From the NCBI GenBank assembly GCA_965248435.1, contig OZ252100.1, forward strand, positions 3,584,001 to 3,648,000: a stretch of 64,000 nt of DNA, written 5' to 3'. Below the pieces are notes generated by a model. That model saw only the letters and a list, made by a program, of their open reading frames with translations. It did no database searches and was not told the origin of the DNA. This document shows, in pieces, positions 20,248 through 29,585 of this stretch. Every line of letters starts with the position of its first letter. The first letter of the stretch is position 1. Origin of the DNA: Candidatus Latescibacterota bacterium. GTDB lineage: Bacteria > Latescibacterota > UBA2968 > GCA-2709665. The translations under genes and the position numbers were made by a program.

Positions 20248-21002
20248 TTGCACGGGCGGGCTAGCCGCCCGTGGCACACGTGAAAGATTATCACAAGACA
20301 TATTGTGTGGCACCGGCAGCTTGCTGCCGGTGGAAAACGGCGAGCGGATAGTGCTAGTTTGAAAAGCGAATGGCCACACTCCCTCAAAAGCGTGTTCGAC
20401 ATTTTGACGTTGCCGGCCACGCGCACCATTTGACTTTTTCCTGCTATCAACAGATGTCACTTTTAACTAACGATTCGTGGCTGTGTTGGTTGTCAGAGGG
20501 TATCGAAAATAGTTTGGCGCGACACAGTTTCATTCTTCATGCGTTTGCTTATATGCCAAATCATGTCCACCTTCTCGTTCGATCGAAGAAGAAAGATTCT
20601 AGAATTGAGAAACTCCTGTTTGGTATTAAGCGACCCTTTTCTTTTAGGGTAAAGCGCAGCTTGCAGGAACAAGCGAGTCCGCTGTTGAACCAACTCCTGG
20701 TTCGCGAGCGACCAGGGAAGAGGGTATTCAGATTCTGGCAAGCAGGTCCGGGGTATGACAGAAACCTGAGTGCTGGTGAAAATGTCGTGGAAGCAATCAA
20801 GTACATCCATTTCAACCCGGTGAAGGAAGAGCTGTGCGATTCGCCCGAGCAATGGAAGTGGTCTAGTTGGGGTTCTTACCATGGTCTAGATGCACGTGAG
20901 CATCTGGTGTTACCTAAAGTTGAAGTTTTTGGCGGCTAGGAAGGTTTCACGATATAGCTAGAGATTTTGCACGGGCAGGCGAGCTGCCCGTGGCACACGT
21001 GA
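20248..21002. mobile_element. REPtron: RAYT gene flanked by REP palindromes
   Basis: TTGCACGGGC..GCCCGTGGCACACGTGA at 20248-20283 and 20967-21002, an inverted variant at 20304-20333, and lower GC inside. Confidence 0.8.
20370..20939 (+). CDS. REP-associated tyrosine transposase (RAYT / IS200-like Y1 HUH)
   Basis: HHLTFSC, MPNHVHLL (HUH), FWQ...YD, YIHFNPVK, WKWSS. Confidence 0.92.
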   Translation: MATLPQKRVRHFDVAGHAHHLTFSCYQQMSLLTNDSWLCWLSEGIENSLARHSFILHAFAYMPNHVHLLVRSKKKDSRIEKLLFGIKRPFSFRVKRSLQEQASPLLNQLLVRERPGKRVFRFWQAGPGYDRNLSAGENVVEAIKYIHFNPVKEELCDSPEQWKWSSWGSYHGLDAREHLVLPKVEVFGG

Positions 21003-21036
21003 TTTATCTAAATTTGAAGTACGCTAGGAGGATTTG

Positions 21037-21828
21037 ATGGACGAACCGACCGTTCAACAACTCATGGATCTGTCGGGGCGTGTCGCACTGATCACAGGTG
21101 CTACGGGCTACCTGGGCTCGGCGATGTCTCGGGCCCTCGCGGAGGCTGGTGCCTCTGTTGTGATCAGCAGTCGGGATCGCGGCAAGGCACAGGCTGCTGC
21201 AGATAAACTGCCGCTCGCGGGAAAGGCCCAGCACCGGTGCGTCCAGCTGGACCACATGGAGGCGGATTCGGTGGAGAGCGGATTCGCCGAGGCGGTTGAG
21301 TCCGCGGGGAAGATCGATGTACTCGTGAACAACGGGAACGAGGCGCTTGGAAAAGACTTGACGACCGTGACCCAGGACGAGTTCAGCCGCGTGCAGATCA
21401 ACGCCTCAGGCTATTTCGCGCTCGCGCGCCTTTTTCACGATCACGTCGTGGAACGGGAGGCGTCAGGTAGTGTCATCATGCTGGGCTCGATGTACGGGCA
21501 GGTCGCCTCTTATCCAGATGCCTACGAGGGGCTGGGTCCGGCCAGTCCGGTCGCCTATCACGCACTCAAGGGCGGCATCATCCATCTGACGCGGCACCTG
21601 GCGATCTACTGGGCCAAGGACCGGGTGCGCGTGAACTGTCTGAGCCCGGGACCCTTTCCCTTCAATGCGCCGGACGCGGTAGTCGAGCGGCTCTGCACGA
21701 AGAGCCCGATGAAGCGGATGGGATTTCCGTATGAACTGAAGGGCGCGATCGTCTTTCTGTCCAGCGACGCGAGCAGCTACATGACGGGTCAAAATCTGAC
21801 GATCGACGGGGGTTGGACGGCCTGGTAA
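21037..21828 (+). CDS. short-chain dehydrogenase/reductase
   Basis: TGATGYLG, YHALK, VNCLSPG, MTGQNLTIDGG. Confidence 0.9.
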   Translation: MDEPTVQQLMDLSGRVALITGATGYLGSAMSRALAEAGASVVISSRDRGKAQAAADKLPLAGKAQHRCVQLDHMEADSVESGFAEAVESAGKIDVLVNNGNEALGKDLTTVTQDEFSRVQINASGYFALARLFHDHVVEREASGSVIMLGSMYGQVASYPDAYEGLGPASPVAYHALKGGIIHLTRHLAIYWAKDRVRVNCLSPGPFPFNAPDAVVERLCTKSPMKRMGFPYELKGAIVFLSSDASSYMTGQNLTIDGGWTAW

Positions 21829-21876
21829 GAGCGTATCTCGCGAAAACAATCTGCAATCAGGTTCAGAGGGGGCGAC

Positions 21877-23217
21877 ATGACAACTGAAGCGAAAACTAAA
21901 CACTCCGTAGAGAAGTCGATGGCGCTCTACCGAAAGGCGGAGCAGCTGATTCCCGGCGTGGCGCAGTTGATCAGCCGCAGGCCGACGAGGCGGGCGTTTG
22001 GCGTGAGCCCGGTTTACGGCGCCCGAGCCAAGGGGTGTCGGATCTGGGACATCGACGGCAACGAGTATGTGGACTGGATGAGCGCGGTTGGACCGATCAT
22101 CCTCGGGTATGCGGACGAGGTGGTCGACAACGCGGTGAAGGAACAGATCGACCGCGGCTCGATCTACAGCCTGCTTACAGAGGCCTCCGTAGAGCTGGCG
22201 GAATTGCTGGTTCGCTTGATTCCTTCGGCCGAGATGGTACGCTACGCCAAGGGTGGGGGCGAGGCGTGTGCCGTGGCCGTGCGCATCGCAAGAGGCGTAA
22301 CGAGACGGGATCGCGTGTTGTTCTGCGGGTATCACGGCTGGCACGATTGGTACCAGGCGGCGAACCTGGGGAACGAGAAGCTCCAGCAGCATCTGTTCAG
22401 CGGCATCGAGCCGATCGGTATCCCTCGTGTGCTGGAGGGTACCGCGATCCCGTTCGAGTATGGCGACAACAACATGCTCGAAGACCTGCTCAAGGAACAC
22501 GACGGGGAGGTGGCCTGCGTCATCATGGAGCCCATGCGCTCCGAGATTCCTCCAGAGGGCTACCTGGAAGGCGTCCGCGAACTGGCGACGAAGTACGGCG
22601 TGATTCTGGTCTTCGACGAGGTCTCGTGCGGGTTTAGGGTTGCGTTGGGCGGGGCCCAGGAACTGACCGGCGTGACTCCGGACATGACGGCGCTGGCGAA
22701 GGGAATCTCCAACGGGTATCCCATGGGCGCCGTGGTTGGCAAGCGAGATGTGATGGCCCCGGCCGCCCAGATGTTCGTTTCAAGCGCCTACTGGGACGAC
22801 AATGTCGGGATCGCGGCTGCGCTCACCACATTGAAAGAACTCGAACGTCGGGACGCGGTGAGCCATTTCGAGCGGATCGGGACGTCGTTCAAGGAGAGGA
22901 TCAACCGGGCGGCGCAGGAGACCGGGTTGGATGCGGAGTGCTTCGGTGTGCCGGGACACCCGAGCACGCGATTTAATTTCGAGGATGGGGTCACGGCCAA
23001 GAAGGTACAGACCCTGTTCGCGCAGGAGACGGAGAAGCGCGGAGTAATTATGGGGAACTTCCTCAACTGCGCGCACGACGAGGCGGCGCTGGATCACACC
23101 GAGACGGCCGTGAGGGAGAGTTTTGAGGTTATCAAGGAAGGTCTCGATCGCGACGGGCTGGACGATCTGATGGAGACGGAGGTTCAGGAGGAATTTTTCA
23201 AACGGTTGGTGAGGTAA
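21877..23217 (+). CDS. class III PLP aminotransferase (GSA aminomutase-like)
   Basis: WDIDGNEYVD, GYHGWHD, FDEV..GFR, and PLP Lys in AKGISNG. Confidence 0.9.
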   Translation: MTTEAKTKHSVEKSMALYRKAEQLIPGVAQLISRRPTRRAFGVSPVYGARAKGCRIWDIDGNEYVDWMSAVGPIILGYADEVVDNAVKEQIDRGSIYSLLTEASVELAELLVRLIPSAEMVRYAKGGGEACAVAVRIARGVTRRDRVLFCGYHGWHDWYQAANLGNEKLQQHLFSGIEPIGIPRVLEGTAIPFEYGDNNMLEDLLKEHDGEVACVIMEPMRSEIPPEGYLEGVRELATKYGVILVFDEVSCGFRVALGGAQELTGVTPDMTALAKGISNGYPMGAVVGKRDVMAPAAQMFVSSAYWDDNVGIAAALTTLKELERRDAVSHFERIGTSFKERINRAAQETGLDAECFGVPGHPSTRFNFEDGVTAKKVQTLFAQETEKRGVIMGNFLNCAHDEAALDHTETAVRESFEVIKEGLDRDGLDDLMETEVQEEFFKRLVR

Positions 23218-23357
23218 GAGAATTGCGGATTTCGGATTGAAAGGCATGGCTGTGCAGGCAAGCTCAGGACAAGCTCCTGTTGGCGAAGGCGATCATCGCG
23301 ATGCAGTTGTTCACCGTCCCAATGACACATATGGTTTGGATAGGGAGATAATCCTTC

Positions 23358-24356
23358 ATGGCGAAAGTCGATTATACAGAGTTTGATCAAGAGATCTGGG
23401 ACAGGGAGCTCGAAGATTTCGTACCGTCCGTGGTCTACGACATGCACACACATATCTGGTCGGAGGCCCATCGGGGTAAAGAAAGTACGAAAGCCGGGGG
23501 CATGCGGTTGGAGATCGATTACCAGGACCATCTGGATTGGGCGGCGAAGCTCTACCCGGGTCGGGAGATGCACTACCTGGTCATCGGAACGCCGGTTTTG
23601 GGCCTCGACCTGGAAGGCCACAACGACTGGATGGCGGCGGAACTGAAGGCAGATCCCAAGTCGAGAGTGCACATGATGGTGACGCCCGAACTGACGCCGG
23701 ACTATGTCGCGGAACAGGTCCGGAAGCACAATTTTCTGGGCCTGAAGTGCTACCGGGTCTTCGCACCCGACAGAACCTACTGCCGGATCCGCGATTTTCT
23801 CCCGGAAGCGCAGATCGAAGTGGCGAATGACATGGGGCTTTCCGTTACATTGCACATGTCGAAGCCGACCGGACCTGCTGACGCGGACAACCAGAAGGAC
23901 CTGAAGCGCTACACAAAGGAGTACCCGAATGTCCAGTGGATCCTGGCGCACTGCGCCCGGGGGTTCAACGCCTTCTTCCTGGAGGAGTCGATTGAATTCT
24001 ACAAGGACCTGCCCAACATCTGGTACGACACTTCGGCGGTGAACGATATCGTCTCTCATTTCCTTTTAATGAAACACGAGGATCGAAAACGGGTGATGTT
24101 CGGGTCGGACAACATCGTGGCAGGGTGTGCGCGCGGGAAGTACGTCACTTACGGGAAGGCCTGGGAGTACTTCAAGGGGTTTCCGGAGCTGGAACATTGC
24201 GACCCGAGGGCGACGTTTGTGATCTACGAACAGCTGCGCCAGGAACGGCACGTGGCGGATATGCTGGGGTTGACCCAACAGGAAATCGAAGACCATTTTT
24301 CAGGGAACGCGGTTTCTTTCTTCGAGACGGTTGGGCGTCTCCGGGGGTCTAACTAA
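23358..24356 (+). CDS. amidohydrolase family protein (Amidohydro_2-like)
   Basis: DMHTH, GLKCY, LAH, YDTS, FGSD. Confidence 0.85.
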   Translation: MAKVDYTEFDQEIWDRELEDFVPSVVYDMHTHIWSEAHRGKESTKAGGMRLEIDYQDHLDWAAKLYPGREMHYLVIGTPVLGLDLEGHNDWMAAELKADPKSRVHMMVTPELTPDYVAEQVRKHNFLGLKCYRVFAPDRTYCRIRDFLPEAQIEVANDMGLSVTLHMSKPTGPADADNQKDLKRYTKEYPNVQWILAHCARGFNAFFLEESIEFYKDLPNIWYDTSAVNDIVSHFLLMKHEDRKRVMFGSDNIVAGCARGKYVTYGKAWEYFKGFPELEHCDPRATFVIYEQLRQERHVADMLGLTQQEIEDHFSGNAVSFFETVGRLRGSN

Positions 24357-24481
24357 ATGTATAGGAAAAGGATAGTGGAGTAGGGCAGGTTTGCTCTTTC
24401 TGAGCAATATCAGACATGGGTTGATTCTAATATATAAGTTAAGCTATTCTTATCAATAGGCAGAAAGTAGAAAAAAACGTC

Positions 24482-24510
24482 TTGACAGAGTCCCGTGCGG
24501 GTATTATTTT
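24482..24510 (+). promoter_or_regulatory. sigma70-type promoter
   Basis: TTGACA-17 bp-TATTTT with an A-rich upstream tract, ahead of the beta-barrel gene. Confidence 0.55.
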
Positions 24511-24665
24511 TTGGAATCAGTGTAAAGGCAGATACGTCCAACTTCGGTTTGTCGGCCGGAGAAAGGGGGAATGCGTAGCGTATGACTGTGTCTGATTTTC
24601 GCCTGTTATCAGGTATCCGTAAGTCGTCAGAAGGTAGTGCATCTTATTTCATCAGGAGGTTTAGT

Positions 24666-25376
24666 ATGAAGGCATTGGGAATTGCTCTGTTGAGCCTGGT
24701 CCTCATCGCGGGACTGTCCTTCCCAGCCGACGCACAGGTTGCTGGCACGAAGGGATTCGGGATCCACGCGGCATACAACATCCCGACCTTTACGCTCAGG
24801 GAACATTATTCGTCCGGCGGAATCAAAGGTGGTGCACTGTTCGCCTATGTGGTCAACGAGACCTGGACAGCTGAAGTGGAAGCGAACTTCTCCCAGTACA
24901 CCGGTGGCGACGTTGAGGACGCTTCCTTCACCTGGAACGTGTCCGGCGCTGAGGTCTCCAGCCCGAGTGCAAAGTCGGAGATGAAGTGGATTACAGGGTC
25001 GCTCGCATTCCTGTATCACTTCAATCAGGGCGGATCCAAGCTCGGTGTGGGGGGCGGTGCTCCGTATGTGTCCTTCGGAACCGGCTTCTACCGCTACAAG
25101 AATGAAGTGAGCGGGCTGATCTGGCCGGGCCAGAAGTCCGAGCCGCTCGACACGAGCCTGCTGCTTCAGACGATCGAGGACCGCCGCGTTGCGCTCACGG
25201 TCAACGTTGGGCTCGGCGTCGAGTATTTCGCTTCCGAGAGTTTTGCCTTCGATATCCGTGGCCAGTACAACGTGAGTTTAGGTAACCTCCGGCCACGTGA
25301 GGCCTGGGACATTCACGAAGCATGGCCTCTGCAGAATCTCGACATCGGCGTCCGGCTGAAATTCTACCAGAAGTAA
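24666..25376 (+). CDS. outer membrane beta-barrel protein (OmpA/OmpW-like)
   Basis: AGGAGG RBS, signal peptide ending ADA, amphipathic strands (PYVSFGTG, VGLGVEY), aromatic residues near the C-terminus. Confidence 0.75.
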   Translation: MKALGIALLSLVLIAGLSFPADAQVAGTKGFGIHAAYNIPTFTLREHYSSGGIKGGALFAYVVNETWTAEVEANFSQYTGGDVEDASFTWNVSGAEVSSPSAKSEMKWITGSLAFLYHFNQGGSKLGVGGGAPYVSFGTGFYRYKNEVSGLIWPGQKSEPLDTSLLLQTIEDRRVALTVNVGLGVEYFASESFAFDIRGQYNVSLGNLRPREAWDIHEAWPLQNLDIGVRLKFYQK

Positions 25377-25401
25377 GCACGTCTCGTCGGTTTAGTACTC
25401 C

Positions 25402-25442
25402 GGCCATCGCCTGGACTTGTTCCAGGCGATGGCCTTTTTTTT
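25402..25442 (+). terminator. intrinsic terminator
   Basis: 14-bp stem GGCCATCGCCTGGA/TCCAGGCGATGGCC followed by T8. Confidence 0.9.
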
Positions 25443-26021
25443 AACACGGAGGTAATGGGAAGATCGCGAGGAATACGGAAGAGAGTCGAGTGAGGTGCGA
25501 CACACGCGGACAGGCGCTCGATCATGAAAGACGCTGGGGTGCGCGGAGGAAGAAAAGCAGACGGCAGATCGCGGACGGCCGAAAACGGCCTTGCGTTCGG
25601 GCCAATGTTCCACAATGGTTTTGTAATTCCTTTTGGGTGCGGCAATCACGCGGATAGTCTGTCGAGGCTGTGCGATTTATTCGATTGATTCAGGGTTCGA
25701 TAATTACCTCACTGGACCCCGCAGGCTGAAGCCTGCGACTACACCGAATCACACACTGATACAAAACGCGAACACATCCCCGGTCTGTACGGGCAACGCA
25801 TGGCGTCGCCCCAACTGAAAATTGCTTTGATTAAGAATACGACAGTGGCACCCCATTGCATTGATCACCGGTATCACGGGACCAGAAATCACCCGATGTT
25901 GACGAACCCATTGCGATCATTTCATTCACCAAATAGATTCGTGTAGTCGCACCCTTCAGGGTGCGGCGGGGAATGGGTCGGGGTAAGGCCCGCGACACCA
26001 CCACATGCGAGGGAAGTCTAC

Positions 26022-27129
26022 GTGGCCAAATATCGCGTCGCTTTGATCGGAACCGGGCGGGTCGGATACCAGTTCAGTTTCAGTGACCTGCCTGACAATC
26101 ACGCGGAGGCGATCGTAGAGAGCGAAGCGTGTGAGCTCGTGGCAGGCGTGAACCGAGGCAAAGAAAAGCTCGAGGCGTTCGGCGCACGGTTTTCGGTGAA
26201 CGCGCTGTTTCACGACTACGAAGAGATGTTGAGGGAGGTCCAGCCGGACATCTGTGTCGTGGCGACGCATCCGGAGTTCCACTGCGAGATGGTCGTCGGC
26301 TGTGCGGAAGCGTCTTCGACGAAGGCGATTATCTGCGAGAAACCGATGGCGCTGTCCCTGGATGAGTGCGACCGAATGATCGAGGCCTGTGAGTCACGAG
26401 GGGTTCTGATGCTGATCAACCACAACAGGCGCTGGTACCCGGAGTGGGCCCTCGCGCAGAAGTTGATCCAGGATGGGGCGATCGGCGAGCTGAACAACAT
26501 CTACTGCTACCTCGACGGTTGCAAGCCGATACCCTCGTGGCGGAGCGAGCACGAGGGACCCCTGCTCCACGATGCTACGCACTACTTCGATCTGATGGAC
26601 TTCTACGCCGGGGAGGTAGATTGGCTATGTGGGATGGCGGAGCAGCCGCCGGCGTCCCTGGGCGGTGGAGGACTTCAGTGCGGCGTTCTTGAAGTTCAAG
26701 AGCGGCGTTACCGGCGTGATGTATGGGGCCGAACTTACCGAGTATGCAGACTACGCCTTTGAATTGCGAGGCACAACGGGCGTGATCCGGATGATCGAGG
26801 AACAGGTCTGCCTGTTTCAGTCCGAGCGGGATGTCTACGAACCGGACAGCGGCTTCCAGTGGAGCAGTCTGAAGCCGAACGAAGTCGAGCGGCCTGAAGC
26901 GGCGTCGAGCTACGTCGTGGCCCTGAAGGAGCTGGTCCAGGCCCTGGAAAGTGGTGGATCGCTTCGGAGCGATGGTCGGACGGGCCGACGATCTATCGAG
27001 ATGATCTCCGCGATCTACCAGTCTCAGCTGGAGGGCAACTGCCCCGTGCGATTCCCTGTGGAAATGAAGGAATCGGGGGTCGCGGCCCTCAGGGATGCGG
27101 GTGTGTTCAGAGAGGGTGCCCGGGAATAG
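26022..27129 (+). pseudogene. Gfo/Idh/MocA oxidoreductase, frameshifted near 26645 (pseudogene or sequencing error)
   Basis: GTGRVG, CEKPMA, NHNRR and DATHYFD in frame 1; the C-terminal domain continues in the overlapping ORF 26629-27129. Confidence 0.75.
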
Positions 27130-27290
27130 ATGGGCCCGGAGAATGTTGGGACAGGAGTCAAGCAGGTAAGCGGAAGAATGCGAAACCGGGCTGGAGATCG
27201 GGTTTTGCTGATCGTTAAGGCGTTTTTCGTGGTTCACTAAGGTGAGTGATTATGACGATCATTCGAATGCTCAATAGAAACAGGCGGTGA

Positions 27291-29249
27291 ATGGTCAATC
27301 CGAAACCCGAAATCTCAAATCGGCAATCGATACAGCGTGCTCCTGAACGGGTCACCCTGCGGGCGTTTATCCTGGGGTTGATCTCGCTCGCCGGGATGTC
27401 CATCTACTCCCAGTTCTACACAAAGCATCTCGAGATCGATTTCCTTCCGCTCACGGCCCTCCTTCCCCTGGTGACCTGGATCGGGTTGAACATCCTGCTG
27501 AGAACGCTGTTTCCACGCCTGGCGCTGTCACGCACCGAGATGCTTCTGATCTTCGGGATCGTCTGGCTCCCTTCAGTGATCGGGGCAACGTGCGGTTATC
27601 TGGTGGGTGTGATCACGTCGCCGGCCTACCACGCCACTCCGGAAAACCGGTTCTGGGAGGTGGGCTGGCCGCATCTGCCCCACTGGATGTTTCTGGATCG
27701 CTCGGAATACGTCCTGGACGGGTTCTTTTCCGGGTTGGCCCCGGGGGATTCGATTCCGTGGGGACCGTGGATCACGCCAATCTTCTGGTGGTTGACGGGC
27801 ATACTCGGGATGGTGATGACGGGTTTCTTCGCCAGTGTGATTTTTTACAGACAATGGACGGACAAGGAGCGCCTGACCTTTCCCCTGGCTACCGTTCCGC
27901 AGGATCTCGTTCGGGTATCCGGCCGGGGCCGGGTGCCTGATGTGATGAAGAACTGGCTATTCTGGATCGGGTTCGCCTGTACGGGAGGTGTGGTATTTTG
28001 GAACATCGCGGGATATTTCATCCTCCACATGCCCAGGATCACGATCTACGATACGATGGGCGTTCACGTCGTGAACATCGGGAGGGGGTTCCCTCTCTAC
28101 CATCTCCGGGTTCAGCCGCTGCTAATGGGCATTGCCTATCACTGTCCGCTGAACCTGCTGTTGACCTTCTGGATCTTTTATCCCCTCAAGATCCTGAAGG
28201 AGGGGCTGATGAACCGGATCGGGTTCTCGGTGGGCCTGGAGGGTCAGCCGGCCACTCCGGGCGAGATATTGACCCTGGAGGCGAACGGTGCCCTCTTTTT
28301 CCTGGTCGCCTGGTCGATCTGGATCGCGCGGGACCACGTGAGGGACACCTTCCGGAAGGCCTTTTCGGGCCTCCGGTCTGAAGACGACGGCCTGCCGGTG
28401 ACTTACCGCACGGCATGGCTGGGGTTCATCTGCTGCGGGATTTTTATGCTGGGCCTGTTCGTCTCGATCGGGTTCAGCTGGCACGTCGCGATCGTCCACC
28501 TGATTCTGGCCTTCGTGGCCTACTTCGGGGTGAGCAAATATTCGGCCGCGACCGGTTTCTTCTTCCTCAGACCGCAGGGCAGCAAAGGGGGACGCATCAT
28601 TCAGACGATCTGGGGAATCGGAAATATGAAGCCCGGTGACCTGGCCGGGTTGGCGATGGTGAACAACCAGGCGTTCGCGGGAGGGGGCGCGCGAATCCTC
28701 GCGATCCCGGCGACGCCGCATTTCTTCCGGCTCCTCGGCGACGCCCTGCGGCGGCATCCCCTGATCTGGGGGGCCTTGCCTGTCGCCGTGCTGACGGCCT
28801 ATGCCGCGGCCCTGGGAACATCGATCAGTCACGGCTACTTGACTGGAAAGATGAATATGATTCGCGGTCCGTTGCCTGGATGGGGCTCGTTTCTGAGGAT
28901 CGTTTCCGTGATGGAAGGGTCATCCGTTTCCTATTTCGACTATCAGAAACTGGGGGTCTGGATCTTCGGGGCTGCGGAGACCGGGCTGCTGACCTACTTG
29001 ATGTCGAGTTTCTCTGGGTGGCCCATCCACCCGCTCGGGTTGGCCTTCCCTCAGTTTTACGGATTTAGCATCCTCCTCGTCTGGCTTCCGAAGTACCTGA
29101 TCGTCCGGTTCGGAGGCGTTCATCTTTATCGACGTTCGATCCCGTTCTGGTACGGGTTCATCGTGGGGTATATCGTCGGAATCGGCCTTTCGACCGTCGT
29201 GGACATGATCTGGTTCCCGACATCCATGCACTGGGTGTATGGCTGGTAG
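27291..29249 (+). CDS. DUF6785/DUF6784-like polytopic membrane protein, copy 1
   Basis: VTLRA, PEN.FW, IPWGPW..P, QW...ERL.FPL, WPIHPLG, K....R.GG..LY; many TM segments. Confidence 0.75.
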   Translation: MVNPKPEISNRQSIQRAPERVTLRAFILGLISLAGMSIYSQFYTKHLEIDFLPLTALLPLVTWIGLNILLRTLFPRLALSRTEMLLIFGIVWLPSVIGATCGYLVGVITSPAYHATPENRFWEVGWPHLPHWMFLDRSEYVLDGFFSGLAPGDSIPWGPWITPIFWWLTGILGMVMTGFFASVIFYRQWTDKERLTFPLATVPQDLVRVSGRGRVPDVMKNWLFWIGFACTGGVVFWNIAGYFILHMPRITIYDTMGVHVVNIGRGFPLYHLRVQPLLMGIAYHCPLNLLLTFWIFYPLKILKEGLMNRIGFSVGLEGQPATPGEILTLEANGALFFLVAWSIWIARDHVRDTFRKAFSGLRSEDDGLPVTYRTAWLGFICCGIFMLGLFVSIGFSWHVAIVHLILAFVAYFGVSKYSAATGFFFLRPQGSKGGRIIQTIWGIGNMKPGDLAGLAMVNNQAFAGGGARILAIPATPHFFRLLGDALRRHPLIWGALPVAVLTAYAAALGTSISHGYLTGKMNMIRGPLPGWGSFLRIVSVMEGSSVSYFDYQKLGVWIFGAAETGLLTYLMSSFSGWPIHPLGLAFPQFYGFSILLVWLPKYLIVRFGGVHLYRRSIPFWYGFIVGYIVGIGLSTVVDMIWFPTSMHWVYGW

Positions 29250-29253
29250 AAAG

Positions 29254-29292
29254 GCCGGGTACCGGGGAATCAAAACACGGGTACCGGGTACC
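29254..29292. repeat. ACCGGGT heptamer-based repeat with AAAACACGGGTACC core (also ~33912-33948, ~37980-38030, ~47695-47724)
   Basis: The same ~40-bp unit recurs shortly after stop codons four times. Confidence 0.75.
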
Positions 29293-29441
29293 GCAAAAGA
29301 TAGGCGAAACTGATGTCCTGACGCATTGGTTCGCCAGCAGGAGCTGTTTACAAAATTGTATGCCAACACCCTGAATCATTCCGTCGCCAACAGGAGTTGG
29401 CTCCTACCGGATACAATCCGCCCATTCAACCGGTAGGAGCC

Positions 29442-29574
29442 GTCTCCCGACGGCGAACAATTCGACCACGGTTTTTCTATCCGTCAACCGAAGGCGGTCT
29501 CCCGACGGCGAACAATTCGACCACGGTTTTTCTATCCGTCAACCGAAGGCCGCCTCCCGGCGGCGAATATTCGG
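29442..29574. repeat. 55-bp tandem repeat (~2.4 copies) arising from a GTAG-type REP
   Basis: Units start at 29442, 29497 and 29552; preceded by an inverted pair GGCTCCTAC...GTAGGAGCC. Confidence 0.85.
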
Positions 29575-29585
29575 TTACTGAGACA

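Noticed and set aside
21877-23217. hemL assignment
   Set aside because: No hem genes are adjacent and the motifs diverge (AKGGGEA rather than the usual SGTEA); only the family is supportable.
25443-26021. Possible ncRNA or small gene in a long intergenic gap
   Set aside because: Only REP-like hairpins and weak ORFs; no tRNA or known RNA motif recognised.
29442-29574. Possible CRISPR array
   Set aside because: Units are identical along their length, with no unique spacers; only ~2.4 copies and no cas genes.
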